Positions 24,601 to 36,555 of a DNA stretch of 64,000 nucleotides are shown here, piece after piece; positions within the stretch are counted from its first letter, which is position 1, and each line of letters opens with the position of its first letter. The stretch lies in contig BDGG01000009.1 in assembly GCA_001949185.1 (NCBI GenBank), forward strand, positions 361,624-425,623. Reading direction: 5' to 3'. Source of the DNA: Ramazzottius varieornatus (lineage: Eukaryota > Animalia > Tardigrada). Made by a program: the position numbers and the translations under genes. The notes beneath the pieces were generated by a model. It was not told the DNA's origin. It was given only the letters and a program-made list of their open reading frames with translations, and made no database searches.

Positions 24601-26336
24601 ATCCTTGGCCGACGTCCAGCCGCTCATTTCACCCGTCAAACGCACACCAATAACCTAAGCACGGGACAACTGACGCTTGGTCAAAGTCGAACTATCTCGA
24701 AAAGATCATCGTTTTCAAGTGACGCATGCCGCTAGCCTATAACATTTAGAAAGTGTGCCACTCGGCAAAAAACTCGACCAGTGCGTTCGCACCAGTGGCG
24801 CACGGCCTCCTTGTTACTGCCCGATAACGTGCGCCACTTGAAGTACCCGTCGAACGAGACAAAATCGTTCTTCCAAGTGGCGCACTTTCCACCCAAAAAC
24901 CTTTAAATCCGACGCCACGTGTGAACCAATATTATCATGCCTGTTTGGCGACCTCTCAGTCGGAACTGTGCGTACAAAGTACAACGCCCGTGGAGTGCTC
25001 ACCTTTGGGCATTTGAGCTCCCAAGGAAGTCCGGCCATGACATCGACGGCGTCAGCACCACCGACTCCGATGCAGACACCGCCCAAACCGCCACCGTTGG
25101 GAGTGTGGCTATCCGTGCCAATGAGAAGCAGACCAGGGAAGGCATAGTTCTCAAGGACGATCTGGTGGATGATACCGCTGCCTGGGCGCCAGAAACCCAC
25201 GCCGTATTTGGCGCTGGCCGAAGAAAGGAAGTCATATACTTCGTGGTTAATGTCCTAGCACCACCAAACATCACACATTATAAGCAGAGCCCAAGACACC
25301 AGAGAAACTGTCGCACGAACCTTGGCACGAGGTAAGTCCTCATCGTTTCCGGTTTGAGCTTCAATCAAATGATCGCAATGGATCGTGCTAGGAACGGCTA
25401 CCTAGAACACAGAGAACAAAAATCTAAAAACTGGCTGAACTTTAATAGCAGAAACATGCAAGCGGACTCCGAACCCGAAGCCAGACAAACATTAGGATGA
25501 ATCGATTACGCACCGTCTCAATGCCACCGGAAATGAACTGCAGCATGGCCATCTACAAAAGAGATTTGGTCAATCAACAACAAGAGAAAGGGTACATGGT
25601 CAGTCAACCGGAAGTCCGCTCAGTACGAGTAAGGTCCTAAAGGTAACAGAGAACCCTGAAGGGGAAGTTTTCCCGTCGTTGTTGATGCGAACGAACACTA
25701 AACAGAACATGGCGGACATGGATTAGTGCCCTGTACGCAACCAGTGTTGAATGCGGCGGATGGCCTTATTCGCCCTGTAGGATTGTGCAAGTGATGTCAC
25801 GTCAATGTAAAAAGGGAGCGAACCTGTGCAGTGGCATCTTGCATGGCCACCCGATCTGGTCGCAGCATCAAATAACTCTTTCCGCGGATGATTTCTTGCG
25901 ACTCGGGCTTGTCCAGATGGGAATAGAGCACTTTCTCGGATAATGTCAGAGGGCGACCCAACCTGCAGGACAGAAGAACAGGACGCTGGCCTTGAAGCTT
26001 CAATCAGAGTCCATCAATCAACAATCAAGTGTACACCAACCTTTTCCGCACAATCTCCAAATTTGACAAGAGCTTCTCGTAAGGCACCGTCTTGTTCCCG
26101 TCGAATCGGCTCATCGCCGCCTATAAATTAAAGTTCGATGAACAAGTAAAAATGGCGAAATGGGGCGATTTACCTTTGGAGCGGCGCGCTGAGCGTTGAT
26201 CAACGAGACGGAGAAGCATCTTGTCTGTAACGCCTTCTTCACCACCAAACTACTGTGGATTTTCTAAAAAAAGTACACCAGACGAGACGATCAGTTTCCA
26301 TAACGCAGAAGGGCGAATATAAAAGGTACTTACCAT
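21655..26336 (-). CDS. ACO2: Aconitate hydratase, mitochondrial (multi-exon)
   Basis: [83 protein letters not shown]; ATG is followed directly by an intron. Confidence 0.98.
21905..22288. repeat. Family A, Family B, then Family A x2 (ACO2 intron)
   Basis: A arms 21917/21950 (21 nt), B 21997-22073, A 22125/22162 and 22203/22240 (25 nt). Confidence 0.88.
23038..23110. repeat. Family A palindrome (ACO2 intron)
   Basis: Arms 23049/23086, 25-nt spacer. Confidence 0.85.
24700..24921. repeat. Family A palindrome x3 (ACO2 intron)
   Basis: Left arms 24716, 24792, 24874; spacers 25, 25, ~24 nt. Confidence 0.9.
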
Positions 26337-27404
26337 TGTGGTGATGTGGTCAGAGGAGAGTGACAGTTCCGTCCGAATCAAGCCTGGATAGTCAGCATAG
26401 CAGCCGACGTCTCAGAGAGGTGTCCAAATTTATGCAATCAAGAAGTTACGGAGTACACCAGTTACCAGTGAATCAGTGATGGATCGTTGTGCCCTCATGC
26501 GGCAGAGATGATGATATTTCCGGAAGAAGATGCACACACGTTACGCGTTGAAGTTCCTCAGATACGGAAAAACGAACACTTATCTGTGTGCGCAAGAAAA
26601 ACACTTGCTACGAGCGTGATTACTGTTTGAACCACTAACGGCCTGCTGCACAGCCAAGGCCGCAGAGGACATGGCTCGTCATACGTCGCAGTTTCCAGCT
26701 CTCGCCTCGCCCACCCGTATCAACTTACGCTGTACGTTGCTTATCACGTGAACACTTTCCCTGGACACACCCCGAAACTTGTCAGGTGATTTTCTATGAT
26801 GTTAAAACATCATGTGCACGTTTGTTTTGGCTACAGTAGCACGAAGGCCACGGAGCGAACTCTCGATGCCACATTGTTGCTTCCCGAGATGGCCTGGGGA
26901 ATGAGAATAGGTAACATCCGGTTCACCAACTGGATTCATTGGGACTGCTTTGCGCAAGTTGTTTCTTATCGCAGGGGCAACGGAGAAATCCTTGATTCAT
27001 CTACCAGCGCACTTGATTCGAACTTCGATGGCAATCTCAGAACTGTTTCACCTTCTTGGAGGTCGCCGCGGGGCGTCGAGGTTCAAAATCAGTTTGACGG
27101 CCCGACATTGTTTCCTGGGAAGCGGAAGCTTGCTTTTCTCGGGAAAGCAACGGCGTCCGCCAACTGGAATGAACAGCGGACCATCTCTTCACAGTAGGGC
27201 TTCTTGACGTTTCCAAAGGTCTCGTTCGTCTAGCTGCCTTTCCATTAGCTTGCCAATCAAGACGACTGGACAAAACATTTCAAGGCTGTAGATCTCACTT
27301 CCGAAAATTCAAAACGATAACAAGAAGAAAAAACAAGGAAAAGATCGCAGTGGGAAACTTGAGATCAAACTACTCGTGACTCATTCGGAAAAAACAAAAC
27401 TGCA

Positions 27405-28299
27405 TCAATCGCCACCGTCAAGAATAATCTGCAAAAATGAGCCGACAGCTTCCATAGGATACTCTAACAAGGAACGTAACGACATATCAAAAATGCTGAT
27501 CCGTGGCTCGAAGCTACCTACGGGCATCACAGTATCATCATCAACAACCTCATTATTATTAGAAACGGTACTATCAGAAATCTTTTCCACGCTGGCTGAT
27601 CTTGGTTCATTCTTCACACTGGAATGGTTGAACGATTCCGTCAACTCTGTAAACTTCCAGCCCATCCGTGACGGTATCTCCCTCTTGTCATACTCGGTCT
27701 CTTCTTGGATGTTGGTGATGAGGTCGAAGATTGGCGAGCAGCCGAAACCGTCGATGTCAACATAGTTGTCATCGTCGATGAAGACGCACCTTTCTCGATC
27801 TTCACAGTGCACTCGCCTTGTCAGCACCTCAAACAGGTATTGTCGCCATGTCAGTCTACGGCAGTAACATCCACAAAAGAGCCCCGTCAGGCTCATAAGA
27901 TGCGACCACTCTAGGGATAGAAATTCTGGAAGAAGAACCGGCGAGATTAACCGTAAGAAACGGCAACAGTCGAAATCCTTCAAACGGCGATCAATCCTCA
28001 CCTGACTCTTGCTCGGACTCCGTCTGAAAGATATCCAGGGACACGTTGTTCCTGAGGTTGTTGTCTTCTGTCAAGCAGAAGTTCTGGTCTGAAAGCATAA
28101 GCACTAGAATTCAGTCTTCAAACAAAGGTTGCTCTATTCAGCGATTGATACGTTGATTGTCGATTGATTAATAACGCGTTCGAATTCCACACGCCATCTA
28201 GATTTCAAGGTTATACTGCAACGCTTACCATCGTGGTGCTCCGCAATTTCTGCCGCGGCTGCAATAAGGAGCATCCCCAACACCGTCTGGAGCAACATC
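27405..28299 (-). CDS. Possible secreted protein of unknown function, or pseudogene
   Basis: Signal-peptide-like MLLQTVLGMLLIAAAAE with a GTAAG donor and a 198-codon ORF downstream; I could not join the exons in one frame. Confidence 0.3.
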
Positions 28300-29714
28300 A
28301 CGTTACCATCCTGAATGTCCGAGCCTTTGCGATGTGAGAGTGCCATGGCCCTTGGGATCACTGATGTGCTGCTGAACCGCGCGTTGTTGGAGAGCGACAC
28401 GCATGATCAAGCTCTTGATTGCTTACGTCTACAGCGGAAGTGGGAAGGGCAACACGTCGGGTGACCATTTACAAGTTAAAACTGTACAAAGCGGACACAA
28501 GTCCAATCAGGGGACGAAAACAATAGAACATCTAGCGTCGAACGCGGTATCACGCAAAAATGAAAGACTCCGTCCAGATATGGAAAACAACAAGATGAAC
28601 ATCAAGAAATAAAAGAAAATTCAAATGAAACAGTAAAACAAGTATCCTGACTCAACGTACCGATCAGCTCCGGCTGTTTCGGCGGCGATTGGCGTTCCAT
28701 CCCTTCTCCGCCATGTCCGCCGAATCAGCTGGAGCTGATCGGTACTTCTTGCCCAGATACTGCAAGTAGCCTAAGGCAATGGCCGTGAAGCACAGCATGC
28801 CTGTCCTAGGGTAAGGAGGAATTCCGGTGACGTTCCGTTGTAGGATGTTTCTACGCCGAATTCCATGCCGGCAACCTTCGAGTAAGTCTTCACGGACGGA
28901 GGGGGCACTCTCCATCACCAGTGTTAGCAACGAGGGCGAAAATTTTCGGAGAAAATGTAGCAAAAATTTTCTGGAAAGTAAAAGTTATGGAATGAGCGAC
29001 TTACCTAAGGGTACCGGTAAAAATTCACCCCGGACCACGACAAGCTAAATTTTGCACGCCACAGGGGTACTCTCTGATTTTTGCATATGGACTGCCTCCA
29101 AATATATGCTTCGAGCGTGAAACCTCACAACGTTGACTGATAATTTTGAGTGGTACAATCAAGTAAACTTGGACAATTACAACAGTTCGAAGTATAATGG
29201 TTATTCATGAAAAGTATGTGACACTGGTGTACTACATGAACCAAATATTTGGCGGAGGTAAGTTATGTACGTGAAAAAGTTAGACAAAGGACTGCGCGAA
29301 TTTTGGAGTGAAGATCCTCCCTGTGCGGTTTATGAAACAAATCACTGTGTGATCTCTCACGAATTTTCACTCCGGATCCTAGTCGAGAATCCGGAATATG
29401 ACAGTAATTGCGAATGGAAAGTGCAGGAAATATCCCAGGAGGAGACTGTGCAGTGATGTGTTTTGTACATCGTAGTGGTCCTCGCTAGATTCGGGTGACG
29501 CTTTGATCCTGCTTCTCTCTACATGGAAAGGCACAATGTCTCACAGACTGTCAGTTGTCTTAAGATGAACAAAGGCGGCCAAAACTCTCGTCTCTGGCCA
29601 TTTCCCGCGTATAATGTTAGACTTATGGACGTTGTCTGGAGATCGCGTCGATATCTGCTGCCAGTCTCTTTCTTCGAGATTCTCACTATCAGCGGCGCTT
29701 GCTTGGGGTGGATT

Positions 29715-32330
29715 TCACTCAGAAGAAAAATTGCCAGACCGCACCCATGACATGATGATATTCAGGAAGTCCATCTCTCCTAGTGGCGGTCCGTTTATGG
29801 CTATCCGCATGAGCGCGTCCAACCTTCGTTCGTTCAGTCGACTTCGACGTATAGTTTTGTTTACATTCTGGATGGATAAACCTCGTTCGCAAATTGCCGT
29901 ACTGACCGGAAGTACAGAAGCGACAACAAGCAGCTGTTCCAGCTCCGAGTCTTCGTCTTCGAAGACGATGTGGCTTTCATGCAGAATGTTGTGCATTTTC
30001 CTTTGTCCAATAGACTGGCTCGAATTATGTTGTAAGCTCTGCTTTGGACGGTAAGCGGGTTGAATCCGAAGTACCGGGCCGGTACTTCTATGCGTGTATC
30101 GCCATAGCGTCCGTTCTCGCGAGGAATTTTGTTCAGCTGGAACACCCGGAAGTATGTCGTCGTTTCCGTTTCGGGGAAACGCAAGTTGAAGAATAAGAGA
30201 ATTTTTCAGTAGGTTCACAGAGTTCTTGCGAAATGTCGTAAAAGAGTTGCCGTTACCGTCTGCAGTGAAAAAAAGAGGAGGAAAGGCTTTGCCTATATCT
30301 GGTGTTATCGGCACGGTTAATTGTTTCTAATCGTTAACTGGTGTACCGATTGTTTCTGGACACTCCTGAAAGAAGACTAGGCCATGTTGATTCTTGATTT
30401 CGTCCTTCAGCGCCGTGATAGACGGTGACCCCTCATGCTCCCAACTGTTCAGAACCTTGACGAACTCTTCCAGGGTGTCATGTGAGTCGAAAACCCGGTA
30501 ATCGTTTCTCTGATACCTCGCCGATAATTCGATAGCTCAGCGAGGAGATCCTGAAGAAGTGAGGAGTTAGGAGGAACTGAGTTGATGTGACAAAGTTGGT
30601 CAACCGAGCTTTCAGGGGACGACCTTCAGCCGCCAAGGTCACGGCCACACCAATGTCTAAGACAAGTCCGTTTTAGTCGCGAATAATCGCTCGTATCGCG
30701 GCCTGCTTTGACGCTACGTACCCACCGAATCTCTAGAGGCATTTTGGGCTACAGGAAATCTTAGTCCAGAAGATCCATTACGCTTTGAGGTCTTCTTGTG
30801 GCTTTTGGGAACCTGCAGAACTGTAGCTCATCAAATGCATAATCACGAAGGAAACGTTGAAATATTATCAGCAGGTGTATCCCACATTGTGAGCTCCATT
30901 GACCGTCAATGGTATCGCCGAAGTGTCATTATTTCTTATAATGCAGACACGTTTAATAATTATGCGGTGCATGTGGGCGAAGATCATGGTCGCGCTAAAC
31001 CTCAAATTATACGGCACACACTTATGACTTATCGAATGTTGGAAGATGGTTCCAAGGCCACCTGAAGGTATTCCTGGTCCCTTACGGAAAGTAAGCACTT
31101 TCGATGATAGTAATGTTTCAGGGTGATACCCATAACGTACGACTGGGGAGCCCTCGGTAGAACTTAAACTATGCTTTCATGTGATTACAGAACGTGCACA
31201 AATGGGCAACGACTGAATGCCGGGAAAGCTCACAGTGATATACGTATTGTGTTTCCGATGTGATTATGTAGAATTGACACTTACACGACAGAGACCACTA
31301 TCAAAGCCATATTGTCGTAGCTCTTCCTCAACATTCACTGTTACTTATTTTCCATAGCTAGATGGGAATACAGTACGGCGGTCTTTCACTATTCCTCCAT
31401 CATTGAATAAACCATAGGACTGTGTTATGCGAAGTGCGGCGCGGCCATCGTTATCGATGGAAGCCAAACACACAGGGATACCCGCTAGGGTCTCACTCTT
31501 CTAACTCTAAAGTTACGGTCAACTACTGTGCGGTGGGCACTTCCATAATGGGGGAAGGAATCGTATACGTAATCTGTGCAGATAAGTCACCAGCTATAAT
31601 GGAACTGTGCGCCTCTTCTTAGTTGGTTGCAAATTCGGGAACTATGTAACTCAACCGTAGCGGGCAGCGCATCGGCCACATACACTGTATAATGGTCAAA
31701 CGACTAGTGAATCACAGGAAGGAAATGACGCTATCGATGGCGGTAGGGCAGCTCCTGTCCTGTCATGTCTTGTACGCAAAGTAGTACGGGTTTGACACAG
31801 TCAGGTCTCAGTGGCTTAAGTCGGACCATGTTTCAAAAGACAAAAGCATTGCCGTGTTTTTTTTGCGTATTTATAAGTTCGTGTTCACAAATTTTCTCCA
31901 TGAAAGCAGTCAGAAAGTTTGAGCTACCACTTTTCTTACCTGGAGTAGTACGAGTAAATATCACGGACTGCATCCTCGAATTTGATGAGATGGCTCGTCT
32001 TTTTTACCGTGTCGACAACAGTGAGCTGTAGACGATGGGCAACGCAGTGAGTAGACATTATGAGTGGAAATTGTTCCGCAAGTCTGTTAGCCAGTCCGTT
32101 TAGTGCCGATGCACCGTCAGTTGCGAACCCAACCCACTTCCTGATCACGTAGTCTCGCTTAAGACCCTATCCATAGCTCAGATGGGTCCATTTGAAACTG
32201 CAAGACATCGTTCAAAGCATCCCACACTACCAAGGAGTATCCGTCAAGACGATGCTTGTAGATGCACAAATTCTTGAGTTCCACGTAGTCGGAAAACTCA
32301 CAATCATCGTGTCTCCCAACGTTGAATTCA
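29715..32330 (-). pseudogene. Decayed hAT-family (ZNF862-like) transposase fragments
   Basis: VGFATDGASAL..THCVAHRLQL (catalytic D and CxxH) at 31936-32148; frameshifted EIRW near 30730; dimerisation motif VLPVSTAICERGLSIQNVNKTIRRSRL at 29715-30000. No TIRs found. Confidence 0.85.
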
Positions 32331-33788
32331 CTGATCAAAACTGGACCTGGGTTCTAGCGCGTTAGCACACGTAGAAACGTAAATTATTATGAAATAGAAG
32401 ATCGTCGTTTAATTCGAGCTGTAAGGCCCTGCTATCTTCGAATCCATAAAAAGCGTGAACCCATCTTGGAATTATGCGGCCGATTTTGAATGTATGGTTT
32501 ACAGATACTGGACCTAGAGGAGTAATTGCCTTCGTCGAGACCGTCTTCTTTGTACACCTAAGCTGTCTGTGATATGATAAATTCAGCAAAACCGGCTGCC
32601 TCAAGCACGCACATGCAGTTGCCCGGTGGTCAGACAAACAAACAGGACAGGGTTGAGCTATCAAGATGTATCCCGACGTTCCTTCTTTCTGCTTCCATTC
32701 GTACTTCCTTCTTATTTTAATGACATCGTTCTGCAGGCAAGCTTCGTACACTCGCCCGGCCTAATTATTGGCGGCGAACAAATTTCTGGCCACCGGCCGA
32801 AGGCGGTATCTCCCGGCTTAACTGACGATCAATCGAAGCGTTACCGCTTTCGGCTTGCGGCCAAATACTGTTTCCCCCCATAATAACGCTAGAAGAGTGT
32901 ACCGTTGATGAACGTGCATTTTGGGTTAAAAGGTACTACGAAGTGACAATTATGGCTTGTTGGAAAACCAAAAAGCAAATTTTGTAGAATCGAACCCAGC
33001 CCTGTTGTGCGGGAGTCGGCGCGTTATCTTGATGGACAGGCAGTATCATGATGAAGCGGATTTTATGGCAAGTTGATCTCAGATGGGCGCGCGGTTCAGC
33101 AGCACTACAGTGCTTGGGATCTGAGAATGCGTCGAAACTCGAAACTCGAATTTTGCAGAATTCGAACACAGAGATTCGAATAAGGGTGAAGCCTATCGGT
33201 AACAGCAAATGAAATGACCTGCGTAATATAACATATCATAACAACGGGTACTGCCGCAGTGACGCCGCCCAATTCGGGGACACTATCTGGAAATCAGAAC
33301 GCCCCCGGATGCTTCATCGCCCTCTCGTTCTCAAAATCTGTCAGACTAAGAGAGGTTCTGACATCGACTCAGCTAATATGATGCGGCCTAGGCCGCAGAA
33401 TCCGGTGCCAGAAATTCTTTAAATCTACTCGTTCCACTGCGAGCTTTTTGGTCGCCCCATCATGCCTCCACCGCCGTTCCAGACTGCATCTTCATGCGAG
33501 CATGGAAGAATAATATTATCGTTGAATGTCTCTTTGACAACACCGGTACGCTTAATCGCGATGGACCAGCGAGTAATCGGGACAGACCGTCAGGACACTT
33601 TCGGCCAAACATCAAGAAGCCGCAGCATTGCGGAAACCGTGTGATCAAACTTTTACTGATTGCTTCCTTGATTGTTATACTCCTCTCTCTGTATGAAACT
33701 CTTCTTCGAATAGAAGAAAATTCCGTTAATTATTTTCTGATTCTACGGATTGATTGATGGGTATTTTCATCAATCAGGAGGATATTCC

Positions 33789-35189
33789 ATGATCAGTTTC
33801 TTCTGGGCGTTTGCCATCCTACCATTGTTCATTTCCTGTGCGTACAGTGCAGGCTTCGACGACCTTTGTGGTCCTAATGCCTACAGTATTTCTCAGTGTA
33901 ACAGTGCTTCGTCTGACAATTGGTGGGGTTACGGCCTGACCAACACATCGGTCTGCATTGAGTACTGGTGCTGCTGTCCGGCTTATTGTCGGGACGTCAA
34001 GGGCTACAACCACAGTTATCCCATGCTGGCACGCTGTCCTACCGGTATGGCTTTTGACGTCTTGCCCGAAATCAACAACTGCGTCGGCCAAGCTCATCCC
34101 AGTATCGCCGATCGCCCGGGCTGTGGCATATCTCCAGATTATGTAGACAATAGTGACGCCGATGCTGGTGATTTGGAGCTTGATGAAAGCGGTGGCATGG
34201 ACGATGGCGGCGACGAGACGGGCACAGGAACGGGAGACGATTACAACGATGGAAATAGCGGCGACAACAACAGTGACATTACTAATGGAGCTGTTACAGA
34301 CCAGAATGGCAATCTGGTAACACCCGCCACTCAAGCCACCTCTCCGACAAGCACCGCAGCCACCACACAGAGTACCACACCTTCAACCACGCCGACTACT
34401 GTTCTACCTACCACTCCGGCACCCAGTACTATCGATCCATCGGTTAATACAGGCTTAAGGGCCATCAACCTGCCGCCGAGGACAGTATCGACTGCGACGA
34501 CAATTTCGTCCACCACCACTGTTCCCTCAACGACGACGACGCCAACTACCACCCCGCCTACAACAACAGTACCCACCACCACTCCTACCACCACTATACC
34601 AACCACGACGACACCGACCACGCCATCCACTACTACCAGCACTACTACCGTGTTAACGACACCCACGACAACTGTAAGCACTGCCGCGACCACCAAGGGT
34701 CGCTACCTACCACCACCAGTATGGCTGGACAATCAGTGCTACGACCGCTGTGACGCCACTTTCTGTGGTACGCGACAAGACGCCTACTACGAAGTGTCCC
34801 CCTGTGCAAAGAACTATTGCAAGTGTACCGGAGGTGTTGGCACATATCTGAGTTGTCCTAGCGGCAAAATGTTTGACGCTCTGGGTTTGACATGTAAAGT
34901 GGGCAACGCGATGTGGTGCCCGGACAAAGCGGTGGTCACTTCGACCGGCGCGGCTGGTGCAGTGCCACCGGTTCTAGCGGCACGGTGTAGCCGTGAGAAT
35001 TGCTTGGCACGAAGGGGCATAAGTACCTACTTCCCACTGGATTGTTGCAGTCCGTTTTGGTGTTACTGCTACGACTCAGCGTCTCCGCCTAGTCAGACGG
35101 TACAAACTTGTGCTGCTGGACAGTATTTCGACCATCGCTCCGAATGGATGCAGTGTCGCGATAAGAGTTTACTCCAATTCTGTCCTTGA
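33789..35189 (+). CDS. Secreted peritrophin-like protein: three chitin-binding type-2-like domains with acidic and Thr-rich linkers
   Basis: Signal peptide; repeated C..Y/WC.C..CP/A.G..FD....C motifs; single exon. Confidence 0.85.
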   Translation: MISFFWAFAILPLFISCAYSAGFDDLCGPNAYSISQCNSASSDNWWGYGLTNTSVCIEYWCCCPAYCRDVKGYNHSYPMLARCPTGMAFDVLPEINNCVGQAHPSIADRPGCGISPDYVDNSDADAGDLELDESGGMDDGGDETGTGTGDDYNDGNSGDNNSDITNGAVTDQNGNLVTPATQATSPTSTAATTQSTTPSTTPTTVLPTTPAPSTIDPSVNTGLRAINLPPRTVSTATTISSTTTVPSTTTTPTTTPPTTTVPTTTPTTTIPTTTTPTTPSTTTSTTTVLTTPTTTVSTAATTKGRYLPPPVWLDNQCYDRCDATFCGTRQDAYYEVSPCAKNYCKCTGGVGTYLSCPSGKMFDALGLTCKVGNAMWCPDKAVVTSTGAAGAVPPVLAARCSRENCLARRGISTYFPLDCCSPFWCYCYDSASPPSQTVQTCAAGQYFDHRSEWMQCRDKSLLQFCP

Positions 35190-35309
35190 GTCTGGCCTTG
35201 GGGCCTATGCGCTTTTTGCTAAAGATACCCTGCAATACGCAGTGTTTCCGTCTTGACCCGTGGCCGATAAAAGTCCCTTCAACGAGTTTCTGACCGACTT
35301 TTTGAGAAA

Positions 35310-35425
35310 TCGGCAAACGAATTTCAGCCCAATCGTTCTCAAGTGGTGCATGCGTTCACTGTAACTGACCAACAGCGTGCGCCACTTGGGAAAATGATCT
35401 GGTTGAATTTGTTTGCTGCCGTCCC
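35310..35425. repeat. Family A palindrome (3' of the chitin-binding gene)
   Basis: Arms 35340/35377, 25-nt spacer; right flank ends GCCGTCCC. Confidence 0.9.
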
Positions 35426-36555
35426 ATGTACCAGGTCCTCCGGTATGAAGTTGCCGTTTTCTGAACGCTTATTTCAAAAAATTCGTTCTCTGGACAGAAG
35501 CGGTATCTAGATCCAGGCTTTCTTACTGAAGATGGTGTGCAGCTTCATTTTTCCTTCAAGCATTAGAAAACTCTTCAGCCTTACGGTCAATTGCTGGAGC
35601 TGTTTCTATTTGTAGCGTGATTTGAAAATTGTGACGTCCTTGTTGAAAAGGGAATATTGTCGACTCCAGCGCTTTCGGAAATTCATTTTCTATGTCAAAA
35701 TGACAACAAAAGAGTACTATCGGTTACCCACTTCAGTTTTCACGAAAACTGCCTAGTGGGGAATGAGCTTAAAAACCTCAGTTTCGTCGAAAGAAAGTTT
35801 CTCCTTCCCCGGACCCGATCAGAGCAGACTTTTCTAACCTTCACATGATAATTGAAGACACCTTGGCAGATCCACCGAAAGCAGTTTTGTTTGTGTTCAT
35901 CATCAATATGACCGAAAAAAGCGAAAACATGTTCACCCCACTAAAGTAGCGCATGTTGTTTCCGGCCATTCACCACCCCGTTTGCAAAAAATTTTTCTTT
36001 GGTGGAATCTCGAAGGCATAATATCCCATTACATTTTTCTCGGCAACTGATAGCTCAAGGCTCCTGCTACAAATCGAGCCTGTTGTTGGTGTGAAAGTGC
36101 TGCTGAGCGTGTTAGAACAAATTCGTAAAGTTGCCCTGGTTAGAAGTGCATCACCGTTACTCTAAAATTTCTGCCACGTCCCGTCTTCAACGCTTCGAAT
36201 GGATCTTGTTAGCAAAGAAACGAGAAGATCTTGCTTTCACAGTTGGACATCAGCTGAACTTTGAAAGTCGTTTTACGACTCCGAAACGAAATTTCGAAGT
36301 TCGACCCTAAAAAACGGCAACTTCATACTGCATAACCTTATGATCCGTATAATAACTTTTTTCCGTTTTACGGATCGGGCCAGCAAGACTTCAGCTTGCC
36401 GGAAACAAAGGTCCGAACGTAAGGGAATCAAGTAACGGACATGAAACGATGAGAAGATTAGTAAACTGATGATGATACCTTTCATTTTAGTGTACTACAG
36501 AAGCTACCAGGAACAGACAGGCATCATCAGCGGAAAGAGTCATTTTCAGTTACTG

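Noticed and set aside
24700-24921. Family A arrays as a CRISPR array or integron attC sites
   Set aside because: The context is eukaryotic introns, there is no cas or integrase gene, the arms are inverted rather than direct repeats, and the spacers share a weak common consensus rather than being foreign sequence.
35943-35954. Lone AAAGTAGCGCAT half-site
   Set aside because: There is no partner arm at 25 nt, so it was not counted as a Family A unit.
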